64,000 nt of DNA from an uncultured Chloroflexia bacterium (GTDB taxonomy: Bacteria > Chloroflexota > Limnocylindria > Limnocylindrales > CSP1-4). The translations under genes and the position numbers were made by a program. The stretch is from assembly GCA_963712745.1 (NCBI GenBank), contig CAVQJC010000020.1:1-64000 (forward strand). Reading direction: 5' to 3'. Positions 47,948-57,416 of the stretch are shown here, piece by piece. The first letter of the stretch is position 1. Every line of letters starts with the position of its first letter. A model generated the notes under the pieces. It ran no database searches. It had not been told where the DNA came from and saw nothing but the letters and a program-made list of their open reading frames with translations.

Positions 47948-48355
47948 GTGATGGTCGACCTCTTCCGTATCCTCGTCGTAATCATCCTCGTGATGCATGG
48001 CCTGGCACACCTCATCTGGTTCCTGGCAGCCTGGACGCCTGTCCGCACCGGTGTGAAGGACGGTCCCTGGTTGTTGCCCGGGAACGTCACCATCCGTAGT
48101 CCGCTCGGCAAGATCCTCGGCCTGGTGGCCCTATTGGCGACGGTCGTCTTCGTCCTCGCCGGCCTGGGCTTGCTGCTTCAGCAGCCCTGGTGGGCGGAGC
48201 GGACCTACCTCGGCATCTTCCTCTCCTTCGTCGCGGTCGTGCCCTGGTTCCGCCAGTCCCCCGGCTCGACGGCGGTGAACGCGCTCCTCGCCGATCTGGT
48301 CCTGCTCTTCGTCATCACCATCTTCAGCGCCGACCTCGTCGTAGCCTCGACCTGA
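47948..48355 (+). CDS. Four-TM membrane protein
   Basis: MHGLAH motif, hydrophobic; TACCCT-N6-GTG. Confidence 0.7.
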   Translation: MMVDLFRILVVIILVMHGLAHLIWFLAAWTPVRTGVKDGPWLLPGNVTIRSPLGKILGLVALLATVVFVLAGLGLLLQQPWWAERTYLGIFLSFVAVVPWFRQSPGSTAVNALLADLVLLFVITIFSADLVVAST

Positions 48356-48448
48356 GTCGAGTCCCGTTGACTTCGCACTATCGCCCGAACGGGTACACTC
48401 CGACTCGCTCGGTCCACCCGCCTTCGTGCGGTCGGACGTCGTGCGCAT

Positions 48449-48525
48449 GGTGGCTATAGCTCAATAGGCAGAGCATCGGATTGTGGCTCCGAAGGTTACG
48501 GGTTCAAGCCCCGTTAGCCACCCCA
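48449..48525 (+). tRNA. tRNA-His(GUG)
   Basis: G-1, GTGGCTA/TAGCCAC acceptor stem, TCGGA-TTGTGGC-TCCGA anticodon arm, GGTTCAAGCC, C-CCA. Confidence 0.95.
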
Positions 48526-48550
48526 CCTCCCCTCGTGGATGACCGGCGTC

Positions 48551-48605
48551 GAGCGGCACCGAGAGGCACCCAGCGGCACCAAGATTGCTGCACAGATTGC
48601 TGCAC
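48551..48605. repeat. Short tandem repeats (10 bp x3, 12 bp x2) next to tRNA-His; integrase-arm-like
   Basis: GAGCGGCACC GAGAGGCACC CAGCGGCACC; AGATTGCTGCAC x2. Confidence 0.55.
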
Positions 48606-48752
48606 GGATGACCACTGCCTGAGCCGAAGCATTGGCTGCGCTGCCGCGACATCAAGTCAGGCCGAGTCCCATCTCTCGGACCGAGCACCCCACTGCGGAA
48701 CCTTCCCTGTCGGTCCCATCGCGGAACCCGTCAAGTCCAGTGAGACACGTCG

Positions 48753-49763
48753 TCAGGTGATGCTCTGTCCCTCCACCTCCTTGGGCTTGTTGATCCAGGC
48801 TGGGCCGGGCAGCCTCGGCGGGTTCGGTGGTCCGTTGACGAAGCGCTCGGGATGGACGGCATAGGCAGCGTCGAGCACCCGGCCGCGTCCCTCGCGGACC
48901 GCCGCGGCGGTACCGAAGTGGACCGACGCGGGGGTGTGGTAGCCGATGCCCGAGTGGCGGTGGTGATGGTTGTAGGTGTCGAAGAAGCCGTCGGCGAAGG
49001 CACGGGCGTGCTGCAGCGAGCCGAACCGCTCCGGGAAGGCCGGGCTGTACTTGAGCGTCTTGAAGCCGGCCTCGCTGTAGGCGTTGTCGTTCGACACGTG
49101 GGGCCGGGAGTGGGTGCGTCCGATGCGCAGGTCCGCGAGGAGCTGCGAGACGGGCTTCGAGGTCATGGCCGAGCCCCGGTCGGCATGGATGGTGAGCGTG
49201 CCCGCAGGGATGGCCTGGGCGGTCACCACGGCCTCGATCCAGTCGCGCACGACGTGGCTCTCCTGGCCCTCGACGACGAGCCAGCCGGGCACGTAGCGGC
49301 TGAAGATGTCGAGCATCACGAAGAGGTCATACCAGCAGCCCCGGCGTGGCCCCCGCAGCGCGGTGGCGTCATACGACCACACCCGCTCCGGCCCATCAGC
49401 CACGAGCTCGGGCACGGTACGCGGTGGATGGCTCGCCACTCGTCGTCGCTCGCGCACCTCGCCGTCCGCGCGCAGCAGCCGATACATCGTGGACTCCGAG
49501 GCGAGCCAGGTACCCTCGTCGAGCAGGGTGGCCCAGACCTGTACCGGCGCGTGGTCCACGAAGCGCTCCGAGTGCAGGACGTCGAGCACCGACCGGCGCT
49601 CGACGGACGTAAGGGCGTTGGGCGGGCTCGGCCGTGGCTTGGGTGGACCGAGCCGGGGGCCTTGAGCGTGGCGGTAGTGGCTGGCGCGGGCACGACCGAC
49701 CGCCTGACAGGCACCCTTCGTGCCGACCAGCGGCTCCAGCTCACCGAAGGCGGCCTCGATCAC
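48753..49763 (-). CDS. IS3 transposase OrfB (DDE)
   Basis: WSYD, LDIFSR, HADRGS, DNAYSEAGFKTLK, YNHHHRHSGI. Confidence 0.9.
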   Translation of the reverse strand: MIEAAFGELEPLVGTKGACQAVGRARASHYRHAQGPRLGPPKPRPSPPNALTSVERRSVLDVLHSERFVDHAPVQVWATLLDEGTWLASESTMYRLLRADGEVRERRRVASHPPRTVPELVADGPERVWSYDATALRGPRRGCWYDLFVMLDIFSRYVPGWLVVEGQESHVVRDWIEAVVTAQAIPAGTLTIHADRGSAMTSKPVSQLLADLRIGRTHSRPHVSNDNAYSEAGFKTLKYSPAFPERFGSLQHARAFADGFFDTYNHHHRHSGIGYHTPASVHFGTAAAVREGRGRVLDAAYAVHPERFVNGPPNPPRLPGPAWINKPKEVEGQSIT

Positions 49764-50170
49764 CGCGGCTGCTTCGGGTCCTCGTCGCTCTCGGCCAGCA
49801 GCCGTCCCAAGAGCTCGGACGCTTCTCCCTGGATGTCGATGACCAGGCGGGCCTTGGCCAGCTCCGCCTCGGCCGTCTCGGCGCGGCGACGCAGCCGGGC
49901 CAGCTCGCGCTGCTCCGGCGAGACGGCCGGTGGTCTCGGCCTGGGGGCGAGTCCGGCGAGGGCGCCCGCGTCGCGGGACCGGCGCCACTCGCTGATGTGC
50001 GAGGTATAGAGGCCCTCGCGTCGAAGGATGGCGCCCTTCGAGCCGCCACCGGCTGCGGCCTCGTACTCCGCGAGGATCTCGCGCTTGTACTCGGCGCTGA
50101 ACGTCCGGCGCACAGGGCGTGCGGGCAGGGTCGGGTCTCGGTCCATGGCCGCATCATGCGCGCGCTCCAT
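49760..50170 (-). CDS. IS3 OrfA
   Basis: RRTFSAEYKREIL..LRREGLYTSHISEWR plus coiled coil. Confidence 0.88.
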   Translation of the reverse strand: MERAHDAAMDRDPTLPARPVRRTFSAEYKREILAEYEAAAGGGSKGAILRREGLYTSHISEWRRSRDAGALAGLAPRPRPPAVSPEQRELARLRRRAETAEAELAKARLVIDIQGEASELLGRLLAESDEDPKQPR

Positions 50171-50308
50171 GGTCAGTGGTCAGGGTCATGATCGTCAGGC
50201 TGTTCCTTCTCGCCCCGGGAGTGGTGATGGGCTACTGCCCGTGTCTCACCTCAGCCTGACAGGTAGGGTCGTTCGAGCGCCGCAGGCAGCCGAGGCGGCG
50301 CGATGCGG

Positions 50309-50824
50309 CTACCGCTCCTCGGCAGGCTCCGTGGCTGGGTCGCCCTCATCGAAAAGGAGTGACACCTTGCCATCGGGCTGGACTCGGTAGAACCACGAAT
50401 GTCGCCACTCGCAGGGGTCAGGCAACGGTGGGGTCTCGCTGGACGGACCGTCGCCGTCATAGAGCGTGGAGCAGTCCCGCACGAGCGTGGTCTCGATGAG
50501 CCAGTTGCCGGGGTAGTGGAAGTCGATGAAGCCCAACCCTGAGAACTCGGTGGGCAGGGTGGGCAGCACCCGGTAGTAGTCGGAGCCGAGGATGATGCCC
50601 ATGTCGAAGTGGGCACTCCGCTCGATGTCGAGTCGGCGGAAGTCGGGCAGGTCCACGTAGCGCGGGTCGGTGGCGAGGACAAGCGCGACCGCCTCATCTC
50701 GGGTGAGCCCCATCTGCTCGGTCGGAGCATCACTCGCCGACGACGAAGGCTGTGCCACGGTCGCTGTGCCAGCGAGGAGCAAGCAGGCGAGCGTCGCTGC
50801 AATCGCCATGCGGAGGCTTCTCAT
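50309..50824 (-). CDS. Secreted hypothetical protein
   Basis: Signal peptide; AAGGGG RBS. Confidence 0.7.
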   Translation of the reverse strand: MRSLRMAIAATLACLLLAGTATVAQPSSSASDAPTEQMGLTRDEAVALVLATDPRYVDLPDFRRLDIERSAHFDMGIILGSDYYRVLPTLPTEFSGLGFIDFHYPGNWLIETTLVRDCSTLYDGDGPSSETPPLPDPCEWRHSWFYRVQPDGKVSLLFDEGDPATEPAEER

Positions 50825-50842
50825 GGAGTTCCCCTTCTTCAC

Positions 50843-50885
50843 GGGTCGGGTTCGCCAGTGGCTCGGCGCGACATCGCCTCCCGCT
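50843..50885 (-). ncRNA. c-di-GMP-II-like riboswitch variant, internally deleted
   Basis: AGCGGGAGGCGAUG-[deleted]-CGCGCCGAGCCACUGGCGAACCCGACCC. Confidence 0.55.
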
Positions 50886-51038
50886 TGGGCGTATGACACT
50901 CCTGCGTGGGGGTGAGGTCAAGTGACCGACGGCCTAGGGCCGCTACTCCGGCCACCGCCCAGCCTTCAACTCACCGAGACACCGCGCCATCTCCTGCGCG
51001 CACTCCTACTCGGTCCTGCCGACAGCCGTCCACTGGTG

Positions 51039-52037
51039 CTAGCGCCCAATTTCGGCCACCGCCCGAGCGTGTGCGGCCAGACCGGCGAACGCTTCTTCCA
51101 GGAACTGGTGCACCTGCTCGGCCTGTCCGACCGACCTCGTAGCGATGTCGTCAGAGCGGAGCAGCTCTAGCTGACGTCGATTGTCGAAGCGCGCGACCGG
51201 CAGTTGGAATGTCGCCTGATGTGCGTGTAGCGTGATGGTCCCGGGTCGTTCACTGTGGTCGATGAGCCAGCCCATGTCGTCCATCCCGTAGCAGGTCCTC
51301 ATCGTCGCTTCGGGCACGGCATGATGAAGGGTCGAGCCCTGCGCACCCGGCTGGGCCCGCTGCACATTGCGACGGCGGCTCTCTTCGGGTGTCACCCACA
51401 CGTAGAGGATCACGGCACGGCGGAGTATCTCGGCAGACAGCAGAGACAACGCATACGCGTAGCCGTACGGCGGCGCGAGTGGGAGGGCCGAGCCTTCGGG
51501 CCCGCCCCTGGAGAGCTCGATCACCACGGTCGTGCCGGGCGGTCGGGTCCGAGCTATCCATTCCCCCGCGAAGCGGGCGGCGTCGTCCGCGATGGCCGTC
51601 GACACCGCCAAGCGACCCGGCGGCCCCAGAGACGAGAAGGGCGCTGGCATCCCCGCCAGAACGTGGGCACGCTCCAATCGATCGATGATCCAGTCACCCG
51701 GCGTCAGCGTCGACGGGCCTCGCGGTTCATGCAACGCGGCGTAGTCCTCGTTCAGGAGGTGGACGAGGGCTCCGAATACGCGGGGGTCCTCGAACCGCAC
51801 TCGCGTCGGGTCGAAGAAGACGGGGCCATAGCCCAGGTCTTCGAAGACCTCGGAGATCCGCCACATGAAGCTGACGTACGGGAAATCGTCGAGCTGGATG
51901 GTCGGCCCGATACGGGACCGCAAATCGGCAGCATGCGGCGGTACGGTGGACAGGAACCGGCGGATCACCGACTTCCCGCAGGCTGGCAGGCCGAGCAGCA
52001 GCAGGGTGTCGATGCGGTGACTCGCCGGCCCATCGTC
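51039..52037 (-). CDS. Hypothetical P-loop protein
   Basis: LLLLGLPACGKS Walker A; start uncertain. Confidence 0.65.
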   Translation of the reverse strand, partial: DDGPASHRIDTLLLLGLPACGKSVIRRFLSTVPPHAADLRSRIGPTIQLDDFPYVSFMWRISEVFEDLGYGPVFFDPTRVRFEDPRVFGALVHLLNEDYAALHEPRGPSTLTPGDWIIDRLERAHVLAGMPAPFSSLGPPGRLAVSTAIADDAARFAGEWIARTRPPGTTVVIELSRGGPEGSALPLAPPYGYAYALSLLSAEILRRAVILYVWVTPEESRRRNVQRAQPGAQGSTLHHAVPEATMRTCYGMDDMGWLIDHSERPGTITLHAHQATFQLPVARFDNRRQLELLRSDDIATRSVGQAEQVHQFLEEAFAGLAAHARAVAEIGR

Positions 52038-52205
52038 CACGGGACACGCCCCCAACGCCGCCGGGCGACCACCGTGCGTAGCGCAGATGCAGCGGCGCCG
52101 CCCGTACGCCGATTATCCGCCAGGCTGCAACCGACATCGGCTCTGGCGGACTCGTCGACTGGAGCGGCCTTGGCATGCCGCAAGCTGCTCCCGGCAGCCT
52201 CGGCA

Positions 52206-52490
52206 TCAACCGGGCCAGCCTTCTCCGACGGCCCGCCTCTTCGCAGGCTTGCGGTGGTAGGCGCTCAAGATGCGATGCGGCGGCACCTCAGGGTCAGTGG
52301 CAACCGCCGGCGCTGCGACGAAGGCGCCGAAGCCGGGCTCGACGTCAAGCCCACGTCGCGCCATCTCGACCTGCAGAGCCAGGCGCAGCATGCGCCAGTA
52401 GGGCGGCCGGACCAGGCTGCGCTCCGCGGCGAACCGCACCAGCTCCTCGTCGCTGAAGGAGCGCAGGAATCGCTCGAAGGTCCTGGTCAT
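52206..52490 (-). CDS. Hypothetical protein
   Basis: GGGAGG RBS before MTRTFERF. Confidence 0.45.
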   Translation of the reverse strand: MTRTFERFLRSFSDEELVRFAAERSLVRPPYWRMLRLALQVEMARRGLDVEPGFGAFVAAPAVATDPEVPPHRILSAYHRKPAKRRAVGEGWPG

Positions 52491-52701
52491 CGTGGCCTCC
52501 CTGGGACGAGCTACGGAACGGCGTGCAACTCGATGCTGGCCGCTGCGGGCCACGAATGCCATGTCACATGCCGGCAGTCGATCGGGACCAGCGCTGCCGC
52601 GACTGTGCAGTGTCGTCCTCAGCACCGTGTGTTGCCGGCGAGGCGCGTACCATCGGGTCACAGCACCAACGACGCCCGACACGGGCGATGGAGAGGGACC
52701 G

Positions 52702-53808
52702 ATGATCGACCGCACATCCCATAACGATGCCGAGCGTGAAGCCCGCGAGAAGCCCGAGATCGCGGCCGAGGACCTGCAGCCCCACTACTGGGCGGACCAG
52801 GACCGGTACGAGCGCATGGAGTTCCGATTCACGGGCAACTCGGGCTTGCCGCTGTCGGCAATCTCGCTTGGTCTGTGGCACAACTTCGGCGACGACACGC
52901 CGTTCGCCCGGCAGCGCGCGATCGTCCGCCGCGCGTTCGACCTGGGCATCACCCAGTTCGACCTGGCCAACAACTACGGGCCGCCCTTCGGCTCGGCCGA
53001 GGAGAACTTCGGCCGCATCTTCGCCAAGGACCTCAAGCCCTACCGCGATGAGCTGGTCATCACCACCAAGGCTGGCTGGCACATGTGGCCTGGTCCCTAC
53101 GGCTGGTCAGGCTCGCGCAAGCACGTGCTGGCCAGCCTCGAGGCCAGCCTCTCGCGGATGGGCCTGGACCATGTCGACATCTTCTACTCCCACCGTATCG
53201 ATCTCGATACCCCGCTGGAGGAGACGATGGGCGCGCTGGCGACAGCGGTGCACGAAGGCAAGGCCCGCTATGTGGGCATCAGCTCGTACTCGCCGGCGCG
53301 AACGCGCAGGGCGGCTGCCATCCTGCGCGACCTGGGCACGCCCCTGCTCATCCACCAGCCCAACTACTCCATGTTCAACCGCTGGATCGAATCCGAGTTG
53401 CTCGATGCCCTCCAAGCGGAAGGGGCAGGCTGCATCCCCTTCTCGCCCCTGGCCCAGGGCCTGCTGACGAGCAAGTACCTCGACGGCGTGCCCGCGGGCA
53501 GTCGCGCCACCCAGGGCAAGACTCTCAGCGATGACATGCTCAGCGAGGAGAACCTGGCCCGCATCCGGGCGCTCAACGACATCGCCCAGCGGCGCGGACA
53601 GTCGCTCGCGCAGATGGCCATCCTGTGGACACTGCGCGATGTGCGAGTGACCTCGGCGCTCATCGGCGCCAGCTCGCCCGAGCAGCTCGAAGACAGCGTG
53701 GGCGCACTCGACGGTGCCCCGTTCAGTGACGATGAGCTGGCCGAGATCGACCGCTATGCCCAGCCAGGGTCGGGCGTCGACCTCTGGAACGTTTCGGCCG
53801 GCCTGTAG
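52702..53808 (+). CDS. Aldo-keto reductase (L-glyceraldehyde-3-phosphate reductase YghZ/MgrA type)
   Basis: SLGLWHNFG, FDLANNYGPP, DIFYSHR, FSPLAQGLLT. Confidence 0.92.
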   Translation: MIDRTSHNDAEREAREKPEIAAEDLQPHYWADQDRYERMEFRFTGNSGLPLSAISLGLWHNFGDDTPFARQRAIVRRAFDLGITQFDLANNYGPPFGSAEENFGRIFAKDLKPYRDELVITTKAGWHMWPGPYGWSGSRKHVLASLEASLSRMGLDHVDIFYSHRIDLDTPLEETMGALATAVHEGKARYVGISSYSPARTRRAAAILRDLGTPLLIHQPNYSMFNRWIESELLDALQAEGAGCIPFSPLAQGLLTSKYLDGVPAGSRATQGKTLSDDMLSEENLARIRALNDIAQRRGQSLAQMAILWTLRDVRVTSALIGASSPEQLEDSVGALDGAPFSDDELAEIDRYAQPGSGVDLWNVSAGL

Positions 53809-53835
53809 CCCGACCGGCGGCGGCCGGGATCCTCG

Positions 53836-54870
53836 CTAGTTGGTGAGGGTGACCTTGCTGATCGAGCGCGGCTGCTCGGGATCTCCGCCCTTGGCCATGG
53901 TCACGTGCCGGGCATGCAGCTGGCCAGGAACGATCGAGACGATGGGCATGAGCCACTCGGGCACGCCGCTCGGCAGTGGCAGTGACCAGGTGCCCTTGGC
54001 CCTCAGCGCCTCGTCGTCGGAGACGACGAGCAGGCGCGCCCCGAGCTCGCCACCCAGTCGGGCGATGACCTCGGCCATGTCACGCTCGGTCGCGCCGCGC
54101 GGGGCCACGCAGAACGTGGGAAAGCCGGCCTCGATGAGCGCCAAGGGACCGTGGATGAAGTCGGCCGAGGAATACGGGTCGGCGAGGGTGTAACTCAGTT
54201 CCTTGAGCTTGAGGGCCCACTCGCGCGCGGTCGCGTAGTGATAGCCGCGTCCGAGGATGACGCAGCGCTTGAGCTGCGTCATGTCGGCCGCGATGCGCGC
54301 GGCCTCGTCGTCGACGTCGAGGACGCGTGCCAGCGCCTGCGGCAGCAGGGCCAGTTCGGCCGCGGCAGCCGAGTCGGAGAGCCCGGCCGCCAGCATGGCC
54401 AGGACCAGGAGCGTGGCGGTGTAGGTCTTGGTGGCCGCCACCGCGCGCTCCGGGCCGGCGCGAAGGGCGATGTGATGGGCGGCTGCCTCGGCCATGTCCG
54501 AGCCGAGCGTGTTGGTGATGGCCAGGGTCAGCGCCCCCTGGGCACGCGCTGCCTGGATGACACCCACCACGTCGGGAGAGGCTCCCGACTGGCTGATGCC
54601 GATGACCAGGGCGCGGCCGTAGTCCGGCGAGGCTCCGTAGAGCGAGTGCACGCTCGGCGTGGCCAGGCCCGCATATGTGCCGGCCAGCACCCCCATCGCG
54701 TATTGCGCGTAGATGGCCGCGTGGTCCGAGGTACCGCGCGCGGCGATGACGATGTGGCTCGGATCAGCCGCCCGGATCGTCTCGCACACCGCAGCGATCT
54801 CGGGTCCCGCCTCCTGCAGCAGACGCGCTGCCACCTCGGGTTGTTCTCGGATCTCGTCGATCAGGGCCAC
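53836..54870 (-). CDS. Double-SIS protein (GlmS C-terminal-like; glucosamine-6-P deaminase/isomerase)
   Basis: ARGTSD, SQSGASPD, AVAATKTY, ALKLKE, HGP, KVTLT. Confidence 0.88.
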   Translation of the reverse strand: MALIDEIREQPEVAARLLQEAGPEIAAVCETIRAADPSHIVIAARGTSDHAAIYAQYAMGVLAGTYAGLATPSVHSLYGASPDYGRALVIGISQSGASPDVVGVIQAARAQGALTLAITNTLGSDMAEAAAHHIALRAGPERAVAATKTYTATLLVLAMLAAGLSDSAAAAELALLPQALARVLDVDDEAARIAADMTQLKRCVILGRGYHYATAREWALKLKELSYTLADPYSSADFIHGPLALIEAGFPTFCVAPRGATERDMAEVIARLGGELGARLLVVSDDEALRAKGTWSLPLPSGVPEWLMPIVSIVPGQLHARHVTMAKGGDPEQPRSISKVTLTN

Positions 54871-56528
54871 TGCGAAACCTCCATGCCGTGTCCGCGAGCA
54901 TAGAGCCCCGGGATGTCCACGGGCAGATGGCCGCCTATCGGAGCCCGGCCGAAGAGCGCATCCGCCACCGCGCCGACGCTGGCAGGCACGATCGAGTACG
55001 AGCACAGGTGGGTCGCCGATCGTGGGTAGTCGGCGAGGTCGTAGGGCGTACGCATGGCCACGGTCACGGTCGGGGTGCCGGTCGCGAGCACCGCTTCCAC
55101 GAGCCGCGCCTGGGCCGGCTGCACAGCGGTGGCCAGCGTGGCCACGATAGTCAAGTCGGCGTCTGCCGCGGCAGACATCGCAGCCGCGATGTCTGCCGAC
55201 CCCGGCTCGGACGGCACCCGAATCTCGACCACGTTCGCATGGTGCCGAGCCACGGCCCCCGCCAGCGCCAGCGGCTCAGTGGCCGACGAATCGGCCGGGG
55301 TCAGCTCGCGTGGCTCGGGCGCGATGACGACGACCCGGTCGTCGTCGCCAGGGCGTAGCGGGAGCAGACCGGCCTCGTCCCGTACGAGCGTGATGGCGGC
55401 GCGCGCGGACCGTCGGGCGAGTTCCCTGTGCCCCTCGCTTCTCACGTAGGCGCGCTCGGGCCAGGCGAAGTGCTTGAGCCAGCGCCGCAGCCGCAGCAGG
55501 CGACGCTGCGAGGCACTGATCCGAGTCAGGGGCACCAGACCTCGCGCGGCCGCCTGTCGCAAGCCCTCCTCCAGGCGGCGTTGGGCAGAGCGGTCGGGTG
55601 TCATCAGCAGCAGGTCTACGCCGGCCCGCAGGGCCACGATGGAGTCCACCACGCCGCCGATCCCCTGGGCCACGGCCTTCATGTCCATGGCGTCGGTGAT
55701 CGATACGCCTTCGAAGCCGAGCCGCTCGCGCAGAAGCTGGTGCATCACCCGGCCTGAGACGGTGGCCGGTAGCGAGCGGTCACCCGTCACCGCCGGCAGG
55801 GCCACGTGGCCCGACATGACCATGCCGGCGCCGGCTTCGAAGGCCCGGCGGAAGGGGATCAGTTCGCGAGCTTCCAGTTCCTCGAGTCCGCGCTCGATGG
55901 CCGCCAGGTCGAAATGGGGGTCAGTGTCCACCGCCCCGAAGCCCGGGAAGTGCTTGGGCGTGGCCACCACACCGCCTTCCTGCAAGCCCCGCGTGAGCGC
56001 TGCTGCATGCCGTCCGACCGCGGCCGGATCGGAGCCGAAGGAGCGCGTTCCCAGGGAGACGTTGCCGGGCTCCACGGCCACGTCGCAGACTGGCGCGTAG
56101 TCCACGGTCACGCCCAGCGCCCGAAGCTCACGGCCCGTGGCCCGGCCGACTGCCTCGGTCAGTGACTCGTCATCGGCGGCTCCAAGGGCCATGGCGCCGG
56201 GGAACCGGGTCGTCCCGTGGCCAAGGCCTACCAGCTGCCCGCCTTCCTGGTCTGCGCCGATGAGCAGCGGCAAGCGCCCCGCGGCGGCCGCGTGGAGCTC
56301 GTCGGTGAGCGCGGCGATGCCATCGGCGTCAGCCGCATTGGCCCGCAGGAAGACCGTCACGCCGTGGGTGTTTCCGGCGGCGATGCGCCGTAGCAGCCAT
56401 GGCGGCGGCTGCGCACCTTCGAAGGCCGGCAACAGCTGGCCGATGACCGCATCCGCCGGCGCCGTCGGCCGACTCGGGAAGCTGGTGCCACTCACTCGGC
56501 GGTTGCGTGCGCCCGCTGTCTTGGTCAC
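54861..56528 (-). CDS. GH3 beta-N-acetylhexosaminidase
   Basis: DQEGG, KHFPGFG..DPH, ITDAMDM, C-terminal GH3 domain. Confidence 0.88.
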   Translation of the reverse strand: MTKTAGARNRRVSGTSFPSRPTAPADAVIGQLLPAFEGAQPPPWLLRRIAAGNTHGVTVFLRANAADADGIAALTDELHAAAAGRLPLLIGADQEGGQLVGLGHGTTRFPGAMALGAADDESLTEAVGRATGRELRALGVTVDYAPVCDVAVEPGNVSLGTRSFGSDPAAVGRHAAALTRGLQEGGVVATPKHFPGFGAVDTDPHFDLAAIERGLEELEARELIPFRRAFEAGAGMVMSGHVALPAVTGDRSLPATVSGRVMHQLLRERLGFEGVSITDAMDMKAVAQGIGGVVDSIVALRAGVDLLLMTPDRSAQRRLEEGLRQAAARGLVPLTRISASQRRLLRLRRWLKHFAWPERAYVRSEGHRELARRSARAAITLVRDEAGLLPLRPGDDDRVVVIAPEPRELTPADSSATEPLALAGAVARHHANVVEIRVPSEPGSADIAAAMSAAADADLTIVATLATAVQPAQARLVEAVLATGTPTVTVAMRTPYDLADYPRSATHLCSYSIVPASVGAVADALFGRAPIGGHLPVDIPGLYARGHGMEVSQWP

Positions 56529-56537
56529 CGATCTGGC

Positions 56538-57416
56538 TCAGCCCTTGACCGAACCGGAGAGGATGCCGCGAACGAAGTAGCGCTGAAGCAGAAGGAACAC
56601 CGCCAACGGCAGCAACATCGTGATGAACGCCCCAGCGGTGAGCAAGTTCCAAGCCTGGCCGCGGCTGCCGATCAGTTTCAACAGCTCGAGCGTCATGACT
56701 GACTGGTCCGGCAGTCCCCCGAGATAGACGAGCGCGATCAGCAGGTCATTCCAGACCCACAGGAACTGGAAGATCGCGAAAGCCGCGAGGGCGGGCACCG
56801 AGAGCGGCAGCACGATGCGCGTGAACATCTGGAAGTGGCTGGCGCCGTCGATGCTCGCCGTCTCGAACAGATCTCCCGGCAGCTGACTGATGAAGTTGTA
56901 GAGCAGGAAGGTGGCCAGCGGAAGACCGAAGGCGGTGTGTGCCAGCCATACGCTGATGAAGGTGTTGTTCAGGTTCATCGCGGCGTAGAACTGCTGGACC
57001 GGGATCAGCGCCATCTGCAGCGGCACCACCATGAGCGCCACCACCACCAGGAACAGCGTGCCCTTCAGCGGGAAACGCATCCAGGCGAAGGCATAGGCCG
57101 CGAAAGCCGCCACCGTGACGGGGATGATCGTCGAAGGGATGGTCACGATGAGGCTGTTGATGAAGGCGTTGGCCATGTTGGCCGTGCCGAGGACTGCCTC
57201 ATAGTTGAGCAGTGTCCACTTCTCCTCGAACGGGCTGAGCAACGTGGTCCACCACCCGCTCGTGGTGACCGCCTCGGCACCTCGGAACGAGCTGACCAGG
57301 ATCCCCAAGGTCGGGATGAACCAGACCGCGCAGAGCACGATGACCGCGACCCGCAACAGCCAGCGGTTGACCCGGGGCCGTCGTGGTGCGGGCAGGGACC
57401 GAGATCCTGCCGTCAT
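56538..57416 (-). CDS. Carbohydrate ABC permease
   Basis: ETASIDGAS EAA loop; FLWVWND. Confidence 0.9.
   Translation of the reverse strand: MTAGSRSLPAPRRPRVNRWLLRVAVIVLCAVWFIPTLGILVSSFRGAEAVTTSGWWTTLLSPFEEKWTLLNYEAVLGTANMANAFINSLIVTIPSTIIPVTVAAFAAYAFAWMRFPLKGTLFLVVVALMVVPLQMALIPVQQFYAAMNLNNTFISVWLAHTAFGLPLATFLLYNFISQLPGDLFETASIDGASHFQMFTRIVLPLSVPALAAFAIFQFLWVWNDLLIALVYLGGLPDQSVMTLELLKLIGSRGQAWNLLTAGAFITMLLPLAVFLLLQRYFVRGILSGSVKG

Larger units (their letters stand above)
48729..50261 (-). mobile_element. IS3-family insertion sequence
   Basis: Imperfect IRs ending in GTGAGACAC; orfA plus DDE orfB; no target duplication evident. Confidence 0.85.

Noticed and set aside
48367-48399. Sigma70 promoter TTGACT...TACACT for tRNA-His
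   Set aside because: Spacing is 21 bp; only the -10-like box is plausible
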